A DNA stretch of 63,984 nt, counting the filler, from Circinaria calcarea (lineage: Eukaryota), in NCBI GenBank assembly GCA_051942165.1. It is 4 parts of 4 records of this genome, joined end to end, with 100 filler letters (N's around TTAATTAATTAA, not from the genome) between each part and the next. Parts side by side here need not be neighbours in the genome. Positions count along the whole stretch, not along the records: positions 1 to 16,000 come from JAVECS010000340.1; 3 more parts are not named here. One strand, written 5' to 3'. Numbering within the stretch: the first letter of the stretch is position 1; each line of letters begins with the position of its first letter. The notes under the pieces are model-generated. The model ran no database searches. It saw only the letters and a list, made by a program, of their open reading frames with translations, and was not told the origin of the DNA. Positions 1 through 11,455 of the stretch are shown here, piece after piece. The position numbers and the translations under genes are program-made.

Positions 1-3
1 ATA

Positions 4-54
4 TGGGATGAGACGGGATGAGATGGGATGGGATGGGATGGGATGGGATGGGAC
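4..54. repeat. (GGATG)n pentanucleotide microsatellite at contig start
   Basis: Tandem GGATG units, partly degenerate (agacg/agatg variants). Confidence 0.9.
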
Positions 55-414
55 GAGCTAGCTCCCTTAATAATATGATATGATATGTGTCTGTTTAGTC
101 TCTCCAGATGCCAGCAACGCATGGGAAAAATCTAAGAAAGAGAAACAAGTTTGTTAATCTACCTTATCCAAGACCCCAGCGGATTTAGGTATCCAGATCC
201 CCATCCCCATCTCCATCCCCCATTTTCTTCCGCCCTTCTTACCCTTTTCAAAAGGAAAAAATCGTCCAACCCAACTCCCTCCATCCGAATCCGTGTCCGA
301 CTTGTAATAATGCAAACCTCCCTATCCCAAAAAGCAATCTTTAGGGAGCATGAGAGGCAAAGCAACCCCGCACCTCGCCTTTTCCCCCCTTTTCCCGGGG
401 GCCGCCAAATTCCT

Positions 415-3400
415 TTAAATATCCATAAACCCGTCCTCCTCACCCGTCCTCCCACCCTTTCTTCCTCCTCCTCCCTCGGCAAAAATATCATCCATGACCT
501 CCGCCACCACATTATCCAGCTGCTCCTGCGGCATGCCCGCCACATCCGTCGCCAGCGTCTCCTCCGCCGCAGCGGCAGTCCTGTTCCCCAGATCGAGCAG
601 CATCGCGTTCTCCGCATCTGCGTCGGTAACAATGGTCGTTTGCGACCCGGTGCGTGCAAGCTGAGCTTCGACGCGGCGGTGCAAGCGCACGGTGATTTCG
701 GCGCGGGACGTGTTGGTTTTGGACAGGGTGTAGGCGTCATCGGAGGCGGTGCTGAGGGCATCGCGCAGGCTGAGCCGGCTTTTGGGATGGGTGGGGCCGA
801 CGCCGTTGGTGGGGGGGAAGTCGACGGCAGTAGGGGCGGTGATGAGAGTGGTGATGATGTCGAGGAGGACGTCGGTGGGACCGGCGGCTTGGCTTTTTAC
901 AATTTCGTCGACGAGAGCTTCGAGCACGGATTTGGCCCCGAGCATCTGGACGGCTGCGACGAGCTGGCGGTGCGTGTAGCTTGGGAGTGTCGCGTTTGGA
1001 GAATCGATCTGGCTCCATTGCACGAGGGAGTTGATAGTGTGGCGGATTGCGGCGAGGATACCTCCACCGGGAGTAGCGCTCCAGGTTTCGAGGTCGGTGT
1101 GCGATGATGCGTCACTGCGACGGGGCTGGGTGTGAGTTTTCAGGGTGGTGATTAGCGGTTCAATGTCGACTGGTCGCGGTTGGAGATTTAGTATGTGCAT
1201 GAGTGAATTGATCAAGGGCTCTGAAACAACAGAGAGGACGGCTTCGTGCAGTGCTGCGGAATCGCCCGAAATCGAGGGTGGCTTCACCAATGCCTGTAAT
1301 GCTGGAAGCAGTATATCGAGTTCAGGACCAGCTTTCTCGGTCTCCCACAGGCGCTGTGCGAACCACCCTAGTCCGGTGATGAGAGATGGAAGTAGGAATG
1401 GCTCTAGGAGGTCTTTTGCTGGGTTAGAAGCGCAGGGCAAACATGACCCAAGTGTGAAACGGATATGATATCAGGAATGTTGCCGGCTTGAGGCGCTCCT
1501 TGACCCCATTTGAAATGGGGAAGTGCTGGGATGGAAATACTTACATTCAAAGCCTCCTTTCAAGGTGTCTAAGCCCAGTTTACCTACTTGGCAAGCTTTT
1601 AAACTTTGGTCAAAGAGCGTTGCAACCAGGAGATGGAAGTCTTTTGGACTGCATGTTGACATAAGTTCATCGCTGATTCCCTCGGTCTCATACAGTCCGC
1701 GGATCCAGTCACCAAGACGCTGGTTTTCGTGCTCCGACAAAGTAGCAGGATCTCGAGCTAGATAACCTCCCCGCATAAACTTAAGAATAAATGATCCTTG
1801 ATAATCAATTCCTAAATCGTGGTCCTGTAACGCAAAGTGATGTTGAATAATCAATATTAGTAGGAAGATGCTACCAAACTCATCATACACTGGATGATTC
1901 TCGCCTAGTGCTTCTGTCAGTATTCACACAACATACTAGGCTATTGGATATACCTTGATCTTCATGATCCTGCCACTGATCTACAAGCTGACACAAGGGC
2001 TGTAAGATAACACTTGGTCGGATGAAGAGCAAGAATATGTCCAGGCTTTGAGTCTTGCGGGATAAGGCGTCGCAGATAGCTTTGAGAGTGATGGTATCCT
2101 TCGTGACACACAAACTTTGTATAACCTAGATTAGTCAACACGGGATTATCTCGATCATCTTTGGGGGGCTGATTGTACTTCCGTACCTCAACAATTGCGC
2201 CAACGATCTCGCCCGCATTGCCTTCCATGTTTTCTAGTTCCCCAATCAACTCGTCCATTCTTCCAGACTGGGCCGTACATTGGGCCACCAGTTCATCCTT
2301 CACGTATCTTCCAGCTTCTGGCATACCCTGCATCGGAACGTCTCCTAGCATGCCCTCAATGGACTGCTCTGGGATAAGCCGATGAAGAGCGCAAGCGAAA
2401 AGGAATTCAGAGCGAGCATCTGCAAGCATGCCAGCGCTGCCGAGTAAGTCAATCATCTGCGTGTAAGACATGTATGCTGCAGGATCCATGCGGTTTAAGG
2501 CTTGGGAAATGCAAAGTTCAGTAGTTAAAGGGGGAAAGATCATCGAGGAATAGTAGTCCAGGATGGTCGGTAGCTTGTTGGTCAAGAAAGAGCGGATAAG
2601 AGTGATTGACTCGGTTGATTCTGTGCGATTGATGGCATTTGCGAGAATGTCAAAGGATGCCGTCACAAGATCTGTGACTAAAGTTGGAATGTCGCCCTAG
2701 AGAGGTTGAGCGAAGGGCCCTAGGAGTGATCTTCTGCGATGTCCATACATTATAGCGGGCATTGAAATAGTCGAACATTGCAGAGTCATCGAAAAGTGGT
2801 CGTCCTGCCAGCTGAAACGATTAGAAAGGGCAATTCGAATGGACGTTAGACTATTCACTTACCATAGCGTTTAACAGGATGTATGGCGCTGCTCTTGTGT
2901 TGACCGCCGGCGTGTCCAAAACGCTCTCATGGTACGTGAGACCATTGAGACCAGTATCATCGAGCATTCCGTCCTCTAGATGCCCCTTGTTAGAGCTCTC
3001 GTAGAGACCGGCTTGTTTCTGTAGGAGATCTAAACTCTGGGCGAGTTCCACGTTAGTACGGGAGATAAGTGCCACGAAATGTGGCAAATATCGCCCGAGT
3101 GATTTCTTAAACGCTATGTAGCGTTAGTCTAGTAGGGGCCCAATGCAGACTTCCGTAAAAATGCTGATCGTACCTTTTGGGGGACCTCCATCTAGTATTC
3201 CTACCAAGGAAAGGCTGTTGATGTAGGTTGCAAGAAGTCGGCCAAAAGCGTCTGCTACTTCGAGTGCCGGGCCAGACGGAGCGTTGGTACCATCATAAGA
3301 CATCGAGAAATAGCTTAACCAGGCGGTGAGAGGTTTCAGTATGTGGATGAATTTTGTCCTAATCGAGGCATCTGGGTCTCTCCCGTTGATAGATAGTTCA

Positions 3401-3771
3401 TGCGCCAACCCTTGTAAGATACACGCCTCGTAAGATTGTCTTCCACAGGCAATCGCTCTTTCCGTCGTTGTCTCATCCAGAGACGATTTCTTGAACATTT
3501 GCAATACGCACGTCAGAACATCCCGAATATCCACTTGGCCTGACTGCACCAGTATCTGCACATACACAAGAAGACGTGGATCAATCTCCGCTGGGCGGTC
3601 TTGTCTCATCAAGGATTCTATGCAAGCCTGGCCTGAGATCGGAACCTTGCATGATGTCTCCACGATAAGACTTCTGAACTTGGAAAACCCAATCCGGTTC
3701 TTCAAGCAGTTGGAAAAAACTTCATCCCATTTCCCTATCTCTTTAGATTGTACTGGAAGCATCTTCGCCAT
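415..3771 (-). CDS. MED5: Mediator of RNA polymerase II transcription subunit 5 (Med5/Nut1), multi-exon
   Basis: Chain of minus-strand ORFs joined by GT-AG introns. Motifs recalled from fungal Med5: ASFDILANA, FLTNKLP, YDEFGSIFLLI, LLEPFLLPSL, YTHRQL. Confidence 0.88.
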
Positions 3772-4379
3772 TCTAACGCTTCAACCACATGCTCCAATTC
3801 ACCTCCTCGCATTGATAAGGTTCACACCAATCAGCCAGCATGTTCTAAAACCCCCAGACGTAGATTCAGTTGCTTTATATAAAGATTGAGTGCTGTAATC
3901 ATTAGTATATTGTCTCACAGGTAAGTCATCAAGTATCCCAATTCAAAGGTGTAGATCAGTTCCTCTTAACTTTCAACGCTTCTAGCCGAAACAGCCCACA
4001 ACCGCGCGCTTTGCCAACCAACCAAGACATTCAGATATAGAAGATATAGGTAGATATCTCAAGACAATGTAGGAAGCAGGGTATTTCTGAAACAAGTGTA
4101 GATGGTATGACTCCGAGGAAGTTTCATTTACTGCGAAGAACATGGGTTGGCATGGTTTATGATCCGGCTTACGTGCCGTGGATAAGACCTGCTACTCCTT
4201 TTCTAGGTTCTACACAGTCAAAAGGTACGGTGTCTCATTTAATGATCTAGGTTCGAAATTACTTAAACTCAACTGCTGCGTCGTTGTTGCAAAATTCTGG
4301 TTGCTTGATAAGTTCTGCTTCGAGGGCAATCAATCCCGCTGTACAAGTGCCAATCAACCACCCAAACTCCTCCAAAATC

Positions 4380-5198
4380 ATGAGCGTTGCCAACGTCAAC
4401 CCTTCTTTATGCCTCCCTCCAGGACTGAATGGGTTGTCCTTGGGTCCGATCAACGACCCAGAACTCACGCAATTCATTTCCGAGCTTAAAATGCGCATAG
4501 ACTCTCGTCGAGATGGCTACAGAGGTCCTGTGGAGTACCAAGCGGTTTCGCACTCTTCAGGAGGCTTTTCGAGCAGGGCCGTCTTTGCTGATCGAGCCCA
4601 AAAGTACGCAGTCAAGTCACCTGAAGGGAAGACATACCAGAGGAAGAAGTTTGCGGATGGAGCCGCTGCAGAAGTAGCCGTCAGGCTCCTTGAAGCTGGC
4701 ATAAAGCCCCCAATATATCAAGAAGTAACAAAAGAGTCAACCACCCAAGTGCTCTCCCCGTTCGACCATGCTCGCCTTGAGAAACTTGAACAAATCACGA
4801 AACATCACTTCCAGGACAGTACGCTGGCACTTCGAGCATTGAGGCACTCTTCCGTAGGGATACTTAATCACGATGCCCTTGCTTTTCTAGGCGATGCTAC
4901 CATCGGATCCTTGATAGCCCACAGGCTTTATCTGGCTACCCCTAATGTGACGAGTATGGATCTTTCTCTCTCTCGAGGTCATTTGGTAGAGAACGAGGAG
5001 TTTGAACAACTTGCAAATCGGATCGGAATGACTGACCTCCTGGAAGTGGGCGGTGGGATGAGCAGGTCCGTGGTGCGTGGTAAGATGGTGGCCGACATGT
5101 TTGAGGCCGTGATTGCGGTGCTTAAGTTAGAAGGTGGCGACGAGGCAGTCTTGAAGTTTTGGGACGGCTGCCACCAAGCAAAGCCTACAAAGGAATAG
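4380..5198 (+). CDS. Intronless RNase III-domain protein with an N-terminal dsRNA-binding-like domain
   Basis: C-terminal RNase III motifs: LEQITKHHFQD..LALRALRHSS, NHDALAFLGDA, VADMFEAVIAV. Upstream segment ends RKKFADGAAAEVAVRLL, resembling dsRBD helix 2. First ATG at 4380 (aaatcATGa). Confidence 0.8.
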   Translation: MSVANVNPSLCLPPGLNGLSLGPINDPELTQFISELKMRIDSRRDGYRGPVEYQAVSHSSGGFSSRAVFADRAQKYAVKSPEGKTYQRKKFADGAAAEVAVRLLEAGIKPPIYQEVTKESTTQVLSPFDHARLEKLEQITKHHFQDSTLALRALRHSSVGILNHDALAFLGDATIGSLIAHRLYLATPNVTSMDLSLSRGHLVENEEFEQLANRIGMTDLLEVGGGMSRSVVRGKMVADMFEAVIAVLKLEGGDEAVLKFWDGCHQAKPTKE

Positions 5199-5968
5199 GA
5201 TATAACAGATGATGCAGTAGAGCTTGGGTATATCAAGATAGAATAACATCCCATCTTATGACCTCCTCTGCCAAGAGGTTGTCACACATCAGTCGATGTC
5301 CCATGCAACCTAGGCCATATTCCATGCTGTGAAATAGTCTTCTATCAAACTCCTTGTCAGGTCCACTGATTATACCTCCCCTAATTATCAGATGAGCTAA
5401 GCCTGAATTGATAAGCAGTGTACTGGAGGACAAGTCTGCCTAAATGGCTGGAAGAGCCTTGGACCATGGTTGAAGGCATGATAAATGTCAGCGCGGTTCT
5501 CGACCAAACCCTGTGTACTCAACAGAGACTGCGTAGATCCTTTGGAAATAGGTGTGATATTGAAGGTATCCTCCGATGCCTATTCCAGTGCTTTGTACAC
5601 AATTTAAGTGTGGTTTGGGCATTTTATAATCATTGTAGAAAACACAACGTTAACATTTGTTATGCCTGCGACTACAGTACACCTTTTTGCGTCATCATTC
5701 AGATTCTTAGGTGTTGTTTAAATATACGAAGTACTGCGTACTCAAGTGTTTATGAGCTTTTTCGAAGTTCGGATTTTATTCCTCCAATCTCCGTCGGAGT
5801 GTTAAACTCCGCAAAAAAATTAAATCCGGCTGAAAACTCGGGGGTACTTATATGTAAGATTACTTTTGAGTACAATAATTTCATTATTCCTCAAGAGAGG
5901 TCCCACATCATCAATATTGACTACTTCCTTAAATCTATCCAAATCAGTTGGTCCTTGAAATACGTAAA

Positions 5969-7171
5969 ATGTCTTTACAGCTTCCAACTCGTCAGCTCGG
6001 CAAGGACGGTCCTCAGGTAACCGCACTTGGATTTGGAGGTTCGCAGACTCGCCCATACCCACCTGGATGAGTCGTTACTCGTACTAACACTTCAATGCAG
6101 CCATGGGGCTGTCCGCTTTCTATGGACAGCCGGAATCGGACGAAGAGCGCTTCAAAGTACTCGACCGGGCCTACGAACTCGGCGAGCGATTTTGGGACAC
6201 GTCAGGTAACAAGTTGTCTATAACGATAGGTATCCAACAAAGAATATAGTTAACCAAGATTTCACCAGATGTGTACCTAGACAACGAAGACCTAATTGGT
6301 AAATGGTTCAAGCGAAATGGCAATCGCAATGGTGTCTTCTTAGCCACCAAATTTGCCGGCTTTAAGAGGCCCGATGGTGAAATGGAAATCAGAAACGACC
6401 CTGATTATGTTAAAGAAGCATGTGCGAAGAGTCTAAAAGATTAGGAACCGACGCCGTCGACCTGTACTATTGCCATAGACTCAACGGCGACGTTCCCGTA
6501 GAAGATGTGGTGCAAGCAATGGCTGAACTCGTCAAGTGTGTCTGGCCCAAGTCTGGCCTGAAATCCTTAGGCCTAGATTCTTTTGCAGGGAAGGGAAGGT
6601 CAAATACCTCGGCCTCAGCGAGTGCTCATCGGAGTCGCTACGGCGGGCTCACAAGATCCACCCGATATCCGCTGTGCAAATAGAGTACAGTCCGTTCACT
6701 ATGGATATCGAAGATCCAAAGATAGGTTTGTTAAAAACCTGCCGCGAGTTAGGGGTGGCGATTGTCGCATATAGTCCTTTAGGGCGAGGTTTTGTGACTG
6801 GTCAATACAAATCACCTGATGATTTCGAGGAAGGCGACTTCAGAAGGTTCAGCCCCAGATTTTCGGTAGAGAACTTCCCGAAAAATCTTAAGCTCGTGGA
6901 CCAAATCGCTGAACTGGCCAACCGAAAGGGTTGCACCGCCGGACAACTGACACTCGCTTGGCTTATGGCACAAGGTGATGATATTTTCCCTATTCTTGGA
7001 ACAAAGAAAATCAAATACCTAGAGGAAAATTTGGGCGCCTTAAAGATCGAGTTGACGGCCGAAGGGAATGCGGAGATCAGAAAGGCGGTTGAGAATGCAG
7101 AGGTGCACGGGGAACGATATCTAGAAGAAATGAAGGGTTCTCTTTTTGCAGATACTGTCGCCAGGGCGTAA
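5969..7171 (+). pseudogene. Aldo-keto reductase (YakC/AKR13-like), 4 exons, with a 1-nt frameshift (pseudogene or sequencing error)
   Basis: Exons 5969-6038, 6101-6205, 6269-6535, 6589-7171. Motifs [44 protein letters not shown]. Frame breaks at the A-run 6435-6438, giving TAG at 6442-6444. Confidence 0.8.
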
Positions 7172-7318
7172 ACGAGGTGGATGAGCAGAAGCCCTTGCCG
7201 AAAATAACAGTATGGTACTGGAGGACCCCTCACACAGGAATCATAGCTCGTCGAATAGCGCAAGAACTTGAACTTATAGGAGCTCTGTTTTAGGAGACTC
7301 GATCTATAGGTAGTAATA

Positions 7319-7684
7319 ACAAAGCACCCCTCGTACACTGTTGTCTTTTATCTGTAACGACTTTTGCACACCGGCCTCGGAATTTACCCATAGATAAGTT
7401 GCACATACTCGTAGTGTAAATTGGAAAACGGTCAGTACTCCCGTGTTGCATCAGCGGTTTAACCAGTGATAGTTTCCTGAATTCCTCTGCCATCTTAGAA
7501 TACCATGCGTCATCACTAGGTGACGCAAGGTATGCGTTTTGCCAACCGGCGAAGGTTGTTGGAAAGAAGTCTTCGAGGCTGGTGTGCAAAGGTCGCTGCC
7601 GATAAAAGCATCGATGTAAGGTCGATTCTTGTTACCTATGTTGAGGTTTGTAAACCGGACTTCTTTACGTTCGAGGGGCTTTGT
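7319..7684. other. Large imperfect fold-back element (putative structured RNA or MITE relic)
   Basis: 37-nt inverted arms 7345-7381 / 7572-7608 (31/37 Watson-Crick). Outer stem 7319-7336 / 7669-7684. Internal hairpin 7500-7533. Confidence 0.6.
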
Positions 7685-7942
7685 CCAGTATCATTAGGGT
7701 AAGGATGACTAATCAGTACCTAGCTGCCGATTGGTGGATAAGTTTCAGTGATAAGGTGAAACCATCGGAGCGGTGATGTAGTTTGCCGCGGCTTCATGGA
7801 CCGTCGAGTCGATTAATCGACGCCCCCGTTGGCTTGAGATTCTTTATGTCAACTTAAAAAGACATGTGACTGTTCGTCAATAAAGACACTGACGGCCCCG
7901 AACTCGAAATTCCAGAGATTCCATCACCGTCACTTCTAGCCT

Positions 7943-10292
7943 ATGGCTACTAGACAGCCACGGCGCCTACTCAAGCCCTTGGCATATGCAGCTGGTGCTG
8001 CAACATTGGGCGGCGGCTTCCTCTACGTCTCGTACAGACCACGCAATATACCTGGCTCCGATCCTGCTGCAGTACCACTCAAATTCGCAGACGATGGTAC
8101 GGTTGCTCCCCCGCGCTTCCCAACTATCAAAAGTCGCTCCGAACAGATTGCGGACCTCAAAAGGAGTGCTGGGGTGCGGCAAGCTTCGGAGACGCCTAGC
8201 AGGACACTCGGGGCACTGTTTGGAGGAAGTACGAACAGTTCTACGGAAAATACGGTAGATAACGAAGAGCTGTACGATTTGCTGGTCATCGGTGGCGGAG
8301 CGACGGGAACTGGTATTGCACTCGATGCGGCTACAAGGGGCTTAAAGGTTGCGGTTGTAGAAAGAGACGATTTCAGCAGTGGCACGAGTAGCAAGAGTAC
8401 AAAACTGGTGCACGGTGGCGTCAGGTATCTCGAGAAAGCAGTGTGGGAATTGGACTATAACCAGTATGCTTGGAATATATTCACTCAGGAGCTGGTTACA
8501 TACTGATACCCCCAGGTACAAGCTAGTGAAAGAGGCTTTAAGAGAGAGAAAGTACTTTCTGGATACTGCTCCACATCTGTCGAGATGGCTGCCTATAATG
8601 CTACCTATACAGAAATGGTGGCAAGCACCCTATTTTTGGGCGGGAACCAAGGCCTACGATTTCCTTGCCGGTTCCGAAGGGATCGAGAGTTCCTACTTTC
8701 TGACGAAGAGTAAAGCCCTGGAAGCATTTCCCATGCTAAAACGGAGTAACGTAGTGGGAGCTCTGGTTTACTATGGTGAGCTACATATACAGTTGCATCT
8801 TAAGAACTATTACTGATTGATTAGACAGATGGCGCCCATAATGACTCGAGGATGAACGTTTCCTTGGCAATGACAGCCGCACTATACGGAAGTACTGTCG
8901 TTAATCATCTCGAGGTGACTGGCCTTGAAAAGGATGCAAATGGCAAGCTCAATGGAGCACGTGTCAAGGACGTTGTACAGGAGAAAAACGGAAAGAAACC
9001 TGAGGAGTTTACAATCCGAGCGAAAGGTATCATTAATGCCACCGGGCCATTCACGGACTCAATTAGGAAGATGGACGACCAAAAGGTAGAGGAAATAGTT
9101 TCCCCTAGCTCGGGCGTGCACGTAATCTTACCCGGCTACTACAGCCCAGCAAACATGGGTTTAATAGATCCTGCGACATCTGATGGTCGAGTGATCTTCT
9201 TCCTACCTTGGCAGGGTAACACCATCGCAGGTACTACAGACGCTGCGACTGCTATCACCCAAAACCCTATTGCCGGCGAAGAAGAGATTAACTGGATTCT
9301 TTCCGAAATTCGGGGGTATCTGGCTCCTGATATTAATGTACGCAGGGGCGATGTGTTAGCGGCATGGTCTGGCATTCGTCCTTTGGTGCGTGACCCGAAA
9401 GCTAGGAATACCGAATCCTTGGTACGAAATCATCTGATCACGGTTTCCGATTCTGGACTTCTTACCTGTGCTGGCGGCAAGTGGACTACTTACAGGCAGA
9501 TGGCAGAGGAATCTGTCGACGAGGCCGTCAAGCTGTATGGGTTAAAGCCTAAGCCGGTCATTAACGCGCCACGGATCAGTGGTACTGAGATGATTGATGA
9601 CGCAGCACCCCTTGATGGAACATGCCAGACGCACCAGGTCAGACTGATCGGCGCTCATGGGTACTCGAAAACGCTGTTCATCAACTTGATTCAGCACTTT
9701 GGAGTTGAGACAGATGTCGCCAAACATCTGGTCGAATCGTACGGTGATCGGGCCTGGACTGTGGCTGCCCTCTCTTCGCCAACAGAAAGGCGCTTCCCTG
9801 TCAGGGGAATTCGCATATCCCCACTGTACCCCTTCATCGATGGTGAGGTCCGTTATGCGGTGAGGCACGAATACGCCCAGACGGCGGTAGATGTCCTTGC
9901 TCGACGGACGCGACTTGCATTCCTCAACGCACAAGCTGCCCTTGAGACATTACCTACCGTCATTGATCTCATGACCGAAGAGTTGAAATGGGACGCTAAA
10001 CGGCGGGATTTGGAATGGAAGGAGAGCGTGCAATTCTTAGCTTCCATGGGTTTGGCAAAGAGCAAGCTAAACGTCACCCGACAGGATGTGGAGAACGGTA
10101 AGGCTGCCGAGTATGATGAGTATGAAAGGAAGCTTTACTCAAGACACGGTTCGTACTATATCCAACCAACTGCCCCGGGTGTATCACTGACACTGAGCTA
10201 CAGACGGACCAGCCGACGTGATAGAAAGTGATTCGAAGATCGAATCAGGCCACAACCCTGTAATAGGGAAGGAGTCGCCAGCCAACAAATAA
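7943..10292 (+). CDS. GUT2: Mitochondrial FAD-dependent glycerol-3-phosphate dehydrogenase, 4 exons
   Basis: [50 protein letters not shown]. Three GT-AG introns; last exon ends SPANK* at 10292. Confidence 0.95.
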
Positions 10293-11455
10293 GATCCAGC
10301 GCAAGGATAGGAATCTCCCGTTTGGATTCAGCGGTCTTGATGCATACTTTTGTAAAGCATGGTGTATAACTAAGGGGCTTTGGGTAAAGGAAGCCGTGTT
10401 GATAGACATGGGGAGGTTTCTTCAGAGCGTGGATGCTTGGGCTGAAACATACTGCTCCTAACTGTCATATCCGTTGATAGCCTTGGCTACTGCCTCAATG
10501 CATCACTGACACTTCTACCTGAACTGTCAAAATTGAACCGCATATTGATTGCGACTTGCCGGCAAGGAATATGCTGATTGTAGCTCCCCAAGTGCTATTT
10601 TTAGGCTGAAAGCTTAAAAGGCTTTAGCCCTTGGCCCTACGAGCCGAGCCGTACGGAACTACCCTTATACTCGAGTAGTACCAGTACAGTAGATAATAAT
10701 GAGCACGCGCTCCAATTATATACATCCATGTGGAAACCGGAATGCCCTCGTCGCCTTTTAAGATACGCGATTCCTGGATGATTCCATGGCGCTAATGTCT
10801 CCTGCTCGGGCAAAGACGGACTTGAAACATGCAACCCCTCGTTTATAGCTTCACGGTGTCTGCCAGCCCATTAACCTCTCAAACTACTTAGTGGACCTGC
10901 TAAACCTGCCGTGTTTCCGAGGAATATCAAAGCTTCGAGCCCTAATCTAAAGTTTCGAAGCTTCTCCACACTAAAGTATTGGAATGGAAGGGTTCGGAGG
11001 GAAGTCTCCGGTCTCTTTGATGTTCGGATACTGGCTAAGATACCTGTGGACCCTGGTTGCACAGATTCTAGCGTCCAAACTCTAGATATCCTCATGTCTA
11101 TCAAGCCCCATGCCTCCTCTCATTGGCTGCAGAGATAGTTCTTTGCTGCACCTTGTAGTCACTCGACCTCATCTTCCCCACCCTGATGTCATATCTTCTA
11201 AACTATCAACCTGGTGCATACTCGTTTCTTTCTTCCGTCTAATTCAAATCTTGACCGCTTTCTCTTGTTTAATGTCTAGGGTATAGAAAGGCAGCTGCCC
11301 GCTCATATCTGATATCTCAGCAATTGTTCTATACATGTGTTGTATCATTCCGATCTGTGTCAACACAGATTAAGAAGAAGGTCTCGAAGAAACGCCACAA
11401 CCTGAGGCCCCTTCGACGGCGAGGTCCACCCTACACTGAACCAATAGCCTTTAGA

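Noticed and set aside
151..1107. 318-aa plus-strand ORF
   Set aside because: Antisense shadow of the last MED5 exon; no domain motifs
5418..6020. 200-aa ORF between the RNase III-like and AKR genes
   Set aside because: Non-ATG start, atypical composition, overlaps AKR exon 1 out of frame
7200..7770. Assigning the fold-back element to SRP RNA, RNase P/MRP, snR30/U17 or telomerase RNA
   Set aside because: Only partial look-alikes (ctgtaacgac, aaaccat, ttagggtaagg). No SRP helix-8 motif, no correctly placed CR-I/CR-V, no m1+m2+ACA set, no exact TAACCCTAA template
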